64,000 nt of DNA from an uncultured Bacillota bacterium (GTDB lineage Bacteria > Sysuimicrobiota > Sysuimicrobiia > Sysuimicrobiales > Segetimicrobiaceae): contig CAWDRG010000004.1 in NCBI GenBank assembly GCA_963804645.1, forward strand, positions 1 through 64,000, given 5' to 3'. Under the pieces are notes generated by a model that saw only the letters and a program-made list of their open reading frames with translations, had not been told where the DNA came from and ran no database searches. Shown here piece by piece: positions 9,233 to 17,864 of this stretch; positions within the stretch are counted from its first letter, which is position 1; every line of letters begins with the position of its first letter. The translations under genes and the position numbers were made by a program.

Positions 9233-11221
9233 GTGGCTGACCTCGGCCGATTCGCGCTGCTCGGCGCGCTCGCCCTCGCCGTCTATGCGCTCGTGTCCGC
9301 GTCGCTCGGCGCGCGGCTGCGGCGCCCGGAATTGGTTCGAAGCGCCGTGCGCGCGCTCGTCGCCGCCGCGGCGCTTGAAGGGCTCGCCGCCCTGCTGCTC
9401 TGGATCGCGCTCGGCACCCGCGACTATCGGTTCGCCTACGTCGTCACCCACGTCAGCAACGCGCAGCCGCTGATCTACGACCTCACGTCGTTCTGGGGCG
9501 GGATGGAAGGATCGCTGCTGCTCTGGGCGCTGCTGCTCTCCGGGTACACGCTGCTCGCGGTGCGCGGCGTCGGCCGGGTCCGTCCGCCGCTCGTGGGCGG
9601 GGTGACCGCGGTGTGCGCCGGCGTCTCGACGTTTTTCCTGTTCATGCTCGCCTTTGTCACGCCCCCGTTCGTGACGGTGCCGTTCCCGCCGGCCGACGGC
9701 AACGGGATGAACCCGCTCCTGCTCAACCCCTGGATGGCGATCCACCCGCCGACCCTCTACCTGGGGTTCGTCGGGCTCACCGTGCCGTTCGCGATCGTGG
9801 CCGCGACCCTCGCCGCGGGCCCGTCGGGGGAGGGGGGCGTGCTGCTCTCGCGCCGGTGGATGCTGTGGGCGTGGTACTGCCTCAGCATGGGGTTGATGTT
9901 CGGGGCGAAGTGGTCGTACGTGGTGCTGGGGTGGGGCGGGTACTGGGCGTGGGACCCGGTCGAGAACGCCGCGCTGATGCCGTGGCTCGTCGCGACGGCG
10001 TTTCTGCACTCGGTGCAGATCCAAGAGCGCCGCGAGATGCTCACGAAATGGAACGTGGTGCTGGTGATCCTGGCGTTCGGGCTGTCCATCTTCGGCACGT
10101 TTCTGACCCGCAGCGGCGTGTTGAGCAGCATCCACTCGTTCACGCAGTCGTCGCTCGGGACGTTCTTTCTCGGGTTTCTCGCGCTCGCGATGCTCGTCGC
10201 GTTCGGCCTCGCGGCGTGGCGGTGGGACGATCTTCGGAGCCGGAATGAGCTGGACGCCGCGGTCTCGCGCGAGAGTGCGTTCCTCCTCAACAACGTGCTG
10301 TTTCTCGCCGTGGCGTTTTCGGTGTTCCTCGGGACCGTGTTTCCCATCGTGTCCGCGGTCCTGACGGGGCGCGCCATCAACGTGGGCCCGCCGTTCTTCG
10401 ATCACATCGTGGTCCCAATCGCGTTCGCGATCCTGCTGCTGATGGGGATCGGCCCGCTGATCGCCTGGCGGCGCGCGTCCCTCGACAGCCTGCGGCGCGA
10501 TTTCATGGCCCCGGGCGCGGCCGGCGTGCTCGTAGGGGTCGGGTTGCTGCTCGCCGGGATGCGCCAGCCGGGCGCCGTCCTCGTGTTTGCGCTGTGCGGA
10601 TTCGTAGCCGCGACCATCGCGCTCGAGTTCGCCCGGGGCGTGCGGGTGCGCCGCGCGCACCGGGATGAGACCGCCGCGCACGCGCTCCTGGGACTGATCG
10701 CCGGCAACCGCCGGCGCTACGGGGGCTACGTGGTACACCTCGGGATCCTGCTGCTGTTCTGCGGCATTACCGGCTCCTCGGTGTTTGCCACGCAGCAGAT
10801 CGTCACCCTCCGCCCGGGGCAGGGGGCCGCGGTCGGGGAGTACCAGGTCCGGTTCGACGGCCTGACGCAGGCCACGCAGGGCGGCGCGCTGTCGATCGGC
10901 GCACAGCTGCGCGTCTTCGAGGGCGCGCGGGACCTGGGGACGTTTGCCGCCCGCCGCAACATGTTTCTCGCCACCCAGGACTCGACCACCGACGTGGTGC
11001 TGCGGAGCACGCCGCGGGACGATCTGTACATCACGCTGATCGGTTGGACCCAAGACGGCCGCGCGACAATCCGCCTGCTCGTTAACCCGCTCGTGTCGTG
11101 GATGTGGGCCGGCGGCCTCGTGCTGACGCTCGGGGCGGTGCTCGCGATGATTCCCGAGCGGCGTGTGGCACCGGACGACCTCCCCGTGCCCGCAGGGGCG
11201 CTGAGCCCGGGCCGCCCGTGA
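9233..11221 (+). CDS. ccmF: Cytochrome c heme lyase CcmF
   Basis: WGGMEGSLLLW, IHPPTLYLG, LGWGGYWAWDPVENA, RSGVLSSIHSF, NPLVSWMW. Confidence 0.96.
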   Translation: MADLGRFALLGALALAVYALVSASLGARLRRPELVRSAVRALVAAAALEGLAALLLWIALGTRDYRFAYVVTHVSNAQPLIYDLTSFWGGMEGSLLLWALLLSGYTLLAVRGVGRVRPPLVGGVTAVCAGVSTFFLFMLAFVTPPFVTVPFPPADGNGMNPLLLNPWMAIHPPTLYLGFVGLTVPFAIVAATLAAGPSGEGGVLLSRRWMLWAWYCLSMGLMFGAKWSYVVLGWGGYWAWDPVENAALMPWLVATAFLHSVQIQERREMLTKWNVVLVILAFGLSIFGTFLTRSGVLSSIHSFTQSSLGTFFLGFLALAMLVAFGLAAWRWDDLRSRNELDAAVSRESAFLLNNVLFLAVAFSVFLGTVFPIVSAVLTGRAINVGPPFFDHIVVPIAFAILLLMGIGPLIAWRRASLDSLRRDFMAPGAAGVLVGVGLLLAGMRQPGAVLVFALCGFVAATIALEFARGVRVRRAHRDETAAHALLGLIAGNRRRYGGYVVHLGILLLFCGITGSSVFATQQIVTLRPGQGAAVGEYQVRFDGLTQATQGGALSIGAQLRVFEGARDLGTFAARRNMFLATQDSTTDVVLRSTPRDDLYITLIGWTQDGRATIRLLVNPLVSWMWAGGLVLTLGAVLAMIPERRVAPDDLPVPAGALSPGRP

Positions 11222-11538
11222 TCCCCGCGGTCCTGGTCGCGCTCGCGCTCGCGACGGCCGCGTTCGTGCTCGCGCCGCTGATGCGGCCCGAGCCTGCGTC
11301 GGCGCCGGAGACGGACGCCGATCGGCTGGTGCGCTCGCGTGAGGCGGCGTACCGCGCGCTGCGCGAACTCGAGATGGACCGGGAAGCGGGCAAGATCGGC
11401 GAGTCGGACTACGCGGTGCTCCGCGGCCGCGTCGAGGCCGAGGCCGTCGCGGTGCTGCACCGCCTCGACGCCCTCGCCGCGGGGACCGGGGCGAGGGCGG
11501 AGCCCCGGACTGAAACGAATCGGGACGGACCGTCCTGA
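11218..11538 (+). CDS. CcmI N-terminal-like small membrane protein
   Basis: N-terminal TM then LRELEMDREAGKIGESDY..LR helix typical of CcmI/CycH N-domains; GTGA overlap with ccmF. Confidence 0.65.
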   Translation: MIPAVLVALALATAAFVLAPLMRPEPASAPETDADRLVRSREAAYRALRELEMDREAGKIGESDYAVLRGRVEAEAVAVLHRLDALAAGTGARAEPRTETNRDGPS

Positions 11539-11564
11539 GGCGGCGGCGTTCGGCGGGAAGCGAT

Positions 11565-12542
11565 GTGCGTCCTTCGTGGAGGGGGGCCCGTTGGGCCCTC
11601 CTCCTCTGTCTGGTCGTGTGCGCGGCGCTGGGATCGGTGCCCGTGTCGTCCGCCGACGGGCCGGGCGGGCTGATTCGCGGGCACGTGCTCGATCGGACCT
11701 CGGCCGTCCGCGCCGTCGCCAGGCAGCCGGTGCGTCTCGAGATCGTCGAGCGCGGCTCGACCTCGGAGCGCCTCACGGTCACGGACGCGCGCGGGGCGTT
11801 CGCGTTCCCCGGCCTGCCGGTGGGCGGCGGCGTGCCGCGCGTGTTCCTCGTCCGGACTGAGTATCAGGGCGTGCCGTACGGCACGCGGGTGGAGTTGGCC
11901 GCCGAGACACCGACGCAGACGGCCGACCTCGACGTGTATCAAGCGACGCGCGACCACGCGGCCGTGCACGGCACGATCGCGTTCGCCGTGGTGGAGACAA
12001 GCCAGGGCGCGGTGCGGATCAGCGTCATCCAGCGTTTGGAAAACACGACCCGCCGCGCGGTCGTGGGGAGCGATGCCGACCCCCTCGTCTTCCCGCTGCC
12101 CCTCGGCGCGCAGGCGGTCGAACTGATCGGAGGGTGGCAGCACCCGCAGGTCGCGCACGGGGCGATCACCGACGCGATCGCCGTCCCGCCCGGGGTGCTC
12201 CAGGTCGGCTACGCGTACGACCTCGCGCCCCGCGCCAGCCGGTTCACCGTCGACTGGGCCCTACCGTACGGGGCCGCCGACGTCGAGATGTTGGTCAACG
12301 ATCCCGCGCTCATCCTCTCGGGCGCCGGGGTGCGGCGCGCGGGCGTGGTCGCGGACTCCGGCCGGCATTTCACGCGGTGGTCCGCCGGAGCGGTGCCGCG
12401 CGGCGGGGAGATCGCGTGGACATTCGACGGGCTCGCCGGACGGGACGACCGCTGGCCGGCAAGTGCGGCGATCGTGCTGTGCGTGCTGCTCGGGGGCGGG
12501 CTCACCGCGGCGCTGCGGCACCGCCCGGCGGCGGCGTCCTAG
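11565..12542 (+). CDS. Membrane-anchored carboxypeptidase-regulatory-like domain protein, paralog 2
   Basis: Signal peptide, PVRLEIVERGSTSERLTVTDARGAFAFPGLP, C-terminal TM; paralog of 6063..7136. Confidence 0.75.
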   Translation: MRPSWRGARWALLLCLVVCAALGSVPVSSADGPGGLIRGHVLDRTSAVRAVARQPVRLEIVERGSTSERLTVTDARGAFAFPGLPVGGGVPRVFLVRTEYQGVPYGTRVELAAETPTQTADLDVYQATRDHAAVHGTIAFAVVETSQGAVRISVIQRLENTTRRAVVGSDADPLVFPLPLGAQAVELIGGWQHPQVAHGAITDAIAVPPGVLQVGYAYDLAPRASRFTVDWALPYGAADVEMLVNDPALILSGAGVRRAGVVADSGRHFTRWSAGAVPRGGEIAWTFDGLAGRDDRWPASAAIVLCVLLGGGLTAALRHRPAAAS

Positions 12543-12724
12543 GGCGGGCGCCGGGGGAGTCGCTTTCGGCCGGCCCGGAAGGAGTGGGTCGCGGCGCCGT
12601 GGAACCACAAACTCCCGCGAGCGTTTTTTCGCCTGGAGCCGCGCCGGCCGGTAGCATCCGAACGGCGTCATCCCGCGTCGTGGACACCGGCCCGGTACCC
12701 GTGGGCATGGAAGAGAGGAGCGGC

Positions 12725-13594
12725 ATGCTGAGAGGGTTATGGGTGCGTCCTCGAGCAACCCTGCTGGTGCTCGCGGCGGCCGTCGCGGCCGCCGGATGCC
12801 AACCGCAGGTCAGCGTCGAGCGGACGCGGACATCCGTCGCGCTGCCGCCGACGCAGGAGGTCGAGATCGCGCTCGTGGCCGATGAACAGGGGCACCCGAT
12901 CACGCCCGACGCGGTGCACGGGAAGCAGGTCTTCGATGCCAACTGCGCCGTGTGCCACGGGATGTCGGGGAAAGGGAACGGCCCCATGGCGCCGACGCTC
13001 GTCGAACCCCAGCATGACGTGCTGGCCGCGCTCGTGGGCCTGTTTGGGATCACGGTGCACCGCCCGAATTTGCCGAGCAGCCCGGCGGACTTCACCAACC
13101 GGGATCTTGAGAGCGTGATCACCCCGGCGATCATGTACCAGACGGTGACCCAGGGACGCGCGTACACGGCGATGCCGGCGTTCGGGCCGCAGGCGTCGTT
13201 CGGGGCGAACCAGGCGCAGCAGTTGACCAACGCGCAGCGGTGGGACGCGAACGTGTACGAGATGATGTTCCGGACCTCGCCGGAGGCGCTCAGCGCGGCG
13301 AAGCAGGTGTACGACGCGCAGTGCGCGCAGTGCCACGGGATGAACGGCGACGGCAAGGGGCCCCGGGGCGCCGAGATGGGCGCGCAGGTCTGGACGTGGG
13401 CGCACGGCACGGGACCGGGCATCTTCACCGACATCAACTACATGGTGCAGCGGAACGGCGCGGATCTGGCGAACGAGATCGCAGACGGCAATGGGATCAT
13501 GCCGAGCTACCGCGGCAAGCTGACCCCGGCGCAGGTGAACGGGCTCGTGGACTACGTCTACACGTTCTTTTACAAACACCCAGCGATCCAGTAG
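12725..13594 (+). CDS. Diheme cytochrome c lipoprotein
   Basis: Lipobox AAAGC; CAVCH and CAQCH, each followed by a MPAF/MPSY Met ligand motif; RBS GAGGAG. Confidence 0.9.
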   Translation: MLRGLWVRPRATLLVLAAAVAAAGCQPQVSVERTRTSVALPPTQEVEIALVADEQGHPITPDAVHGKQVFDANCAVCHGMSGKGNGPMAPTLVEPQHDVLAALVGLFGITVHRPNLPSSPADFTNRDLESVITPAIMYQTVTQGRAYTAMPAFGPQASFGANQAQQLTNAQRWDANVYEMMFRTSPEALSAAKQVYDAQCAQCHGMNGDGKGPRGAEMGAQVWTWAHGTGPGIFTDINYMVQRNGADLANEIADGNGIMPSYRGKLTPAQVNGLVDYVYTFFYKHPAIQ

Positions 13595-13635
13595 CGAATG
13601 CGGACGGGCGGCGACCGCGCGGGAGGGGCGATTCG

Positions 13636-14313
13636 ATGAAGCTCGAGAGGCGGGGGCTGATCAAGACGCTGGTGGCGATCCCGGTGATCGGGACGATCAT
13701 TGCGTTACTGTCCCCGCTGTTCCGGTTTCTGAAGCCGAACGACGGCGCGTGGAACATCTTCACGATCAAGCCGGACCTGCCCGCGGGCGGCGCCCAGGTC
13801 GTGGGGCGGGTGTCGCAGCTGGCGAAGCCGTGGGACTCGTTCTACTTCACCTACGTCCAGAAGTTCGTGCAGTACGATCCCGAGGGCGAAGAGGCGAGCA
13901 ACGTCCCAGGGGTCGCGATCCGGCTGCCGCAGAAGGTGAATTTCACCAACGCCGAGGGGTTTGTAGGGTTTCAGGGGGAGACCGACATCGTGTTGTTCTC
14001 GCGAATCTGCCCGCACCTCGGCTGCATCTTCAACTATGTCAGCGACTACCACGAGGTCACGGCGGGGTACGGGGGGATGGAACCACCGGCCTCCGAGCAC
14101 CACGCGCTGATGGCGTGCCCGTGTCACTTCAGCATCTACGATCCGACGTATCCCGGCGACCCCGGCAACGTGATCTCGGGGCCGGCTCCTCGGGGCGCGC
14201 GGTACTTCCAGTTCGAGATCCAGGGTGACAACATCGTCGTCACCGGCGCCGAAGTCGGCGCGATCGCGAAGGCACGGCCGAGCCGCGCGCAGGCGCCGCG
14301 CGGCGACGCCTGA
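13636..14313 (+). CDS. Rieske [2Fe-2S] subunit of a cytochrome bc-type complex
   Basis: Tat-like ERRGLIK plus TM; CPHLGC and CPCHFS boxes; GPAPR. Confidence 0.95.
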   Translation: MKLERRGLIKTLVAIPVIGTIIALLSPLFRFLKPNDGAWNIFTIKPDLPAGGAQVVGRVSQLAKPWDSFYFTYVQKFVQYDPEGEEASNVPGVAIRLPQKVNFTNAEGFVGFQGETDIVLFSRICPHLGCIFNYVSDYHEVTAGYGGMEPPASEHHALMACPCHFSIYDPTYPGDPGNVISGPAPRGARYFQFEIQGDNIVVTGAEVGAIAKARPSRAQAPRGDA

Positions 14314-14337
14314 GCCGCAGCAACCACGGACGGGAGG

Positions 14338-15495
14338 GTGGCGGTGGAGGCGGTCCTCGCAAATCTCAAGGAGTGGTTCCAGGACCGAAAGCAGCACCTG
14401 GACCTCTTCGACGAGACGAAAACCGGGAAACAGGACAACCCGCTGTACATCCTCGGGAACCTGGTCTGGCTGTCGTGGATGGCTGTGATCGTCTCCGGGA
14501 TCGTGCTGATGCTCTGGTACATCCCGACAACGACCGGCGCGTACCGCTCGATCCAGCACATCACCCTCGACCTTCCGTTCGGCTGGCTCGTGCGCGGCGT
14601 GCACAAATACGGCGGCGACATGCTGATCACGGTGATCACGCTGCGGATCTACCGGATGTACTTCGCGGGCGAGTATAAGAAGCCGGGCGAGCTGTCGTGG
14701 ATGATCCTGTTCCTCTCCCTCGTGCTGGCGATGGTCTCGGGGGTCACCGGGTACACGCTCGAGTGGAACCAGCGCGCGTTCTGGGCGGCGAAGGTCATCC
14801 TGACCGTCCCGACCTACTACGACCAGATCCCGCTCGTGGGGAACCTCGGGCTCGGGCACGCGATCGCGTACATCTTCCTCGGCGGTCCGGCGCTCGGCCA
14901 GGGGACGCTCACCCGGTTCTACGCGATCCACTTCGGCATCTCGATCATCGCCGTGATCATCATTGAGATGTTCGTCTACCGGACGCGGCGCCGGCACCTC
15001 AACCTGTCGGCGTTCGCGATCGTCCTCGTCCTCGTGTTTCTCGCGTTCGTGAGCTTCATGAACCTGGCGGACGTCGGCGACTGGGCGAACAACAACCGCA
15101 CGCCGCTGCCGGTCCTGTCCGACTGGTACTTCCTGGCGCTGTACCAGGTCGTGAAATACATGCCGCCGCTGTGGGCGGGGGTGGCGCCGGCGCTGCTGAT
15201 CGGCTACGGCATGCTGGTGCCGTTCCTCGACCGGACGAAGGAGACGCGGGCGACGGAGCGGCCGTTCTTCTTCGTGATCGGGCTGCTCGCGCTCGCCTAC
15301 TGGATCGGATTCAGCGCGCTCATCCTGCTGAACATCGCGGTCATCTCGCGGGATCCGCCGATCATCTGGGGGATCACCGTCGTGGTCTGCCTGCTCGCGT
15401 TCGTCTGGGAGATGGGGTACCGGCGGCGCAAGGCGCAGCGTGCCGCGGCGCAGGCCGCGGCCCGCGCCGCGGCACGGCCCGCCGGGGCGGCGTAG
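14338..15495 (+). CDS. Cytochrome b subunit 1 (b6 plus subunit IV type fusion) retaining only two of the four heme His ligands
   Basis: WLVRGVHKYGGD, TGYTLEWNQRAFWA, TRFYAIHF, SDWYF (PEWY equivalent); the +14 positions are Arg and Phe instead of His. Confidence 0.9.
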   Translation: MAVEAVLANLKEWFQDRKQHLDLFDETKTGKQDNPLYILGNLVWLSWMAVIVSGIVLMLWYIPTTTGAYRSIQHITLDLPFGWLVRGVHKYGGDMLITVITLRIYRMYFAGEYKKPGELSWMILFLSLVLAMVSGVTGYTLEWNQRAFWAAKVILTVPTYYDQIPLVGNLGLGHAIAYIFLGGPALGQGTLTRFYAIHFGISIIAVIIIEMFVYRTRRRHLNLSAFAIVLVLVFLAFVSFMNLADVGDWANNNRTPLPVLSDWYFLALYQVVKYMPPLWAGVAPALLIGYGMLVPFLDRTKETRATERPFFFVIGLLALAYWIGFSALILLNIAVISRDPPIIWGITVVVCLLAFVWEMGYRRRKAQRAAAQAAARAAARPAGAA

Positions 15496-15496
15496 C

Positions 15497-15814
15497 ATGC
15501 GGCGGAAGCACTTGTTCTACGTCCTACTCGCCGCGGCCACGTTCGGGCTGAGCGAATTCTTGGCCGCCTGGCGCGCGTGGCGGGCGGCCCCGACGCTCGA
15601 TGCCGCCGCGGCCGTGGTGGCGCTCGCGGTGGGCCTCGTCGCCGTGATGCTGTGGCTCGGGTTCCTGCTGTACGAGGTGGACCGCGCGGCGGGGCGGATT
15701 CGCCGCCCGGTGGGCCTCTACGAGTGGGTGCTGGCGCGGCGCGCGCCCGACCGGCCGGCGGGATGGACCGGCGGCGGCGCCGCCGGACACGGCGGGGGGA
15801 GGGGAACGGCGTGA
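15497..15814 (+). CDS. Small membrane protein (2 TM)
   Basis: Two hydrophobic segments; starts 1 nt after the cyt b stop. Confidence 0.6.
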   Translation: MRRKHLFYVLLAAATFGLSEFLAAWRAWRAAPTLDAAAAVVALAVGLVAVMLWLGFLLYEVDRAAGRIRRPVGLYEWVLARRAPDRPAGWTGGGAAGHGGGRGTA

Positions 15815-16005
15815 GTGACCGCGCGTCCGCGTACACGATGTGGATCGTGCTCTTGTCGGCGCTGAGCTTCGTGTGCGTGCTCGGGATGGTGTGGGGCGAA
15901 CTGATGAACCATCATCACGTGACCGCGGCGCTGATCGGCGTGGTCCTGCTGGCGTACTCGTTCATCCTGCTGCTGCTGCGCAAGGGGGGATTCACGGGTG
16001 TATAA
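15811..16005 (+). CDS. Small membrane protein (2 TM, HHH in loop)
   Basis: GGAGG RBS, GTGA overlap; WIVLLSALSFVCVLGMVW..NHHH..ALIGVVLLAYSFILLLL. Confidence 0.65.
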   Translation: MSDRASAYTMWIVLLSALSFVCVLGMVWGELMNHHHVTAALIGVVLLAYSFILLLLRKGGFTGV

Positions 16006-17155
16006 GCGGGCGCTCGGCCGGCTGCTCGACGCGACGCTGCGGCTGGACACCGTCGTCGGGCGGGTCTACCCGGACGATTTCAACCCGCTGTACTACACGG
16101 GCGGTCTCGCGAACCTGTTCCTGACCATCCTCGTCCTGTCCGGGATCTTTCTGTTCTTCTATTACGTGCCGTCGTTCAACGACGCGTACGCGTCGGTCCA
16201 GTTCCTGACCGTGAACGTGCCGTACGGCCAGATCATCCGCGGGATTCACCGCTACGCGGCGGACGGCTTCATCATCGTCATTTTGCTGCACTTCTTCCGC
16301 AACTGGTTCACCGAAAGGTTCCGGTTCTCGCGGGACGAGCCGTGGATCAGCGGGATGATGCTGCTGGCCTTCGCCGGCTTTATCGGCGTGACCGGCTACA
16401 TTCTCGTCTGGGACCAGCGCAGCGAGGCGCTGGTCGCGATGACCGGCAACGCGGCCTCCCACGTGCCGCTGGTCGGCGGGTGGCTGCGGGACGCGCTGTT
16501 CGGGGGCGCGGGGCTGACGGACCTCCTCCTGCCGCGCATCCTGTTCCTCCACGTCGGCCCGGCGGTCGCGCTGTACGTGTTCCTCTGGTGGCACTACACC
16601 CGCATCCGGGCGCCGAAGGTGTGGCCGCCCGCGGTGTGGACCCTGTTTGCGCTCGGGTTCATCCTGCTGCTGACCGGGCTCTTGCCGGTGACCAGCCAGC
16701 CGGCGGCCTCGGCCCTGCAGCCGCCCACGGGCTTCGCCGTGGACTGGCTGTTCCTGTCGCCCTACTGGGCGCTCCGCGTGCTGCCGCCGCTGGTGCTGGT
16801 GGCGCTCGGGGTCGTGCTGGTCGCGTACGGGCTGTACATCCCGTACCAGCTGCCGGAGACCCGCGCGGAACTCGGGATCAAGGACTCGGGAGTCGCGCAG
16901 GTGCTCGACGCGAACTGCACCGGCTGCGAGCTGTGCTACTACGACTGCCCGTACAACGCGATCGTGATGGTGCCCTCGCCGAACCCCGGGGTGACCAAGG
17001 CGGCGCAGGCCCGGAAGCTGCGCGCCGTCGTGCTGGAGTCCCGCTGCGTCGAATGCGGGATCTGCGTCGGGGCCTGCCCGTTTGAGGCGCTCGAACTTCC
17101 GGGGTATCTCCAAGTGGACATCCAGAAGAAGGTGTTGAGCGCATGCCAGAGCTAA
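15998..17155 (+). CDS. Cytochrome b subunit 2 fused to a C-terminal 2x[4Fe-4S] ferredoxin domain
   Basis: H-x13-H pairs HRYAADGFIIVILLH and HVGPAVALYVFLWWH; CTGCELCYYDCP and CVECGICVGACP. Confidence 0.9.
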   Translation: MYKRALGRLLDATLRLDTVVGRVYPDDFNPLYYTGGLANLFLTILVLSGIFLFFYYVPSFNDAYASVQFLTVNVPYGQIIRGIHRYAADGFIIVILLHFFRNWFTERFRFSRDEPWISGMMLLAFAGFIGVTGYILVWDQRSEALVAMTGNAASHVPLVGGWLRDALFGGAGLTDLLLPRILFLHVGPAVALYVFLWWHYTRIRAPKVWPPAVWTLFALGFILLLTGLLPVTSQPAASALQPPTGFAVDWLFLSPYWALRVLPPLVLVALGVVLVAYGLYIPYQLPETRAELGIKDSGVAQVLDANCTGCELCYYDCPYNAIVMVPSPNPGVTKAAQARKLRAVVLESRCVECGICVGACPFEALELPGYLQVDIQKKVLSACQS

Positions 17156-17679
17156 CGGGAACGGGCACCCCCCAGACGCCGCAGAGCGCGCCCGCGGCGC
17201 GCGGCGCCCGCATCGTCGGATTCTTGTGCGACTGGGCGGTTGCGTCCGACGGCCTCGTGCGCGACGACGGCACGATGCGGGATCTGCCCGGCGTCACGCT
17301 GATCAAGATCCCGTGCTCGGGGTTTACGCGGCCCGCGTGGCTGGAGTTTGCGCTCCGCAACGGCGCCGAGGGGGTCTTCGTCTGCGGCTGTCCGCTCGGC
17401 GACTGCTTCAACCGCTACGGCAACAACCTCATCGGCGACCGCGTCGAGCAGCTGCGTCGGCGTCTCGAGCGTCAGCGCATCAATCCTGAGCGCATCGGGG
17501 CGATCTTCTACCGGCGCGACGCGCAGGCGGAGTTCGTGAGCGCGGTCCGTGCGTTCGCGGAGAAGGTGGCCGGGCTGCCGGGCCCGGTGCTGCCCCCGGC
17601 GAGACCGCCGGCCGCCCCGCGCGGGGCCGCGCCCGCCAAGCCCGCGGAGGCCCCGGCCCCCGAACAGGAGGGAACATAA
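17143..17679 (+). CDS. MvhD/FlpD-like [2Fe-2S] protein (hydrogenase iron-sulfur subunit family)
   Basis: IVGFLCDW, IKIPCSG, GAEGVFVCGCPLGDCFNRYGN, INPERI. Confidence 0.85.
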   Translation: MPELTGTGTPQTPQSAPAARGARIVGFLCDWAVASDGLVRDDGTMRDLPGVTLIKIPCSGFTRPAWLEFALRNGAEGVFVCGCPLGDCFNRYGNNLIGDRVEQLRRRLERQRINPERIGAIFYRRDAQAEFVSAVRAFAEKVAGLPGPVLPPARPPAAPRGAAPAKPAEAPAPEQEGT

Positions 17680-17816
17680 TGGCGGAACGCGCGCCGGCCG
17701 CGAAGCCCGAAGCGCCCAGCGCGAGCGTGGTGTACTGGCGCTACCTCGTGTTCTGGGTGCTGTTGTTCGCGTTTCTGTTCTTCGTGTCGCTGTACGGCAT
17801 CGTCGCGGACGTCTAG
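17679..17816 (+). CDS. Single-TM small protein (45 aa, absent from the ORF track)
   Basis: AGGAGG RBS, TAATG overlap; MAERAPAAKPEAPSASVVYWRYLVFWVLLFAFLFFVSLYGIVADV. Confidence 0.65.
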   Translation: MAERAPAAKPEAPSASVVYWRYLVFWVLLFAFLFFVSLYGIVADV

Positions 17817-17864
17817 CGCGGACCCGGACCGCCCGCCGCGCCCCCCGGTCCAGGAGAACACGCC

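Noticed and set aside
8648..11782. 1044-aa minus-strand ORF and similar long antisense ORFs (e.g. 17508..19886, 39848..42502, 52380..54728)
   Set aside because: Antisense shadows of well-supported genes in high-GC DNA; Arg/Pro/Ala-rich with no motifs
14338..17155. Heme ci (b6f-type) attachment
   Set aside because: Neither cytochrome b has the Cys ahead of the first TM helix (NPLYILGNL, NPLYYTGGL)
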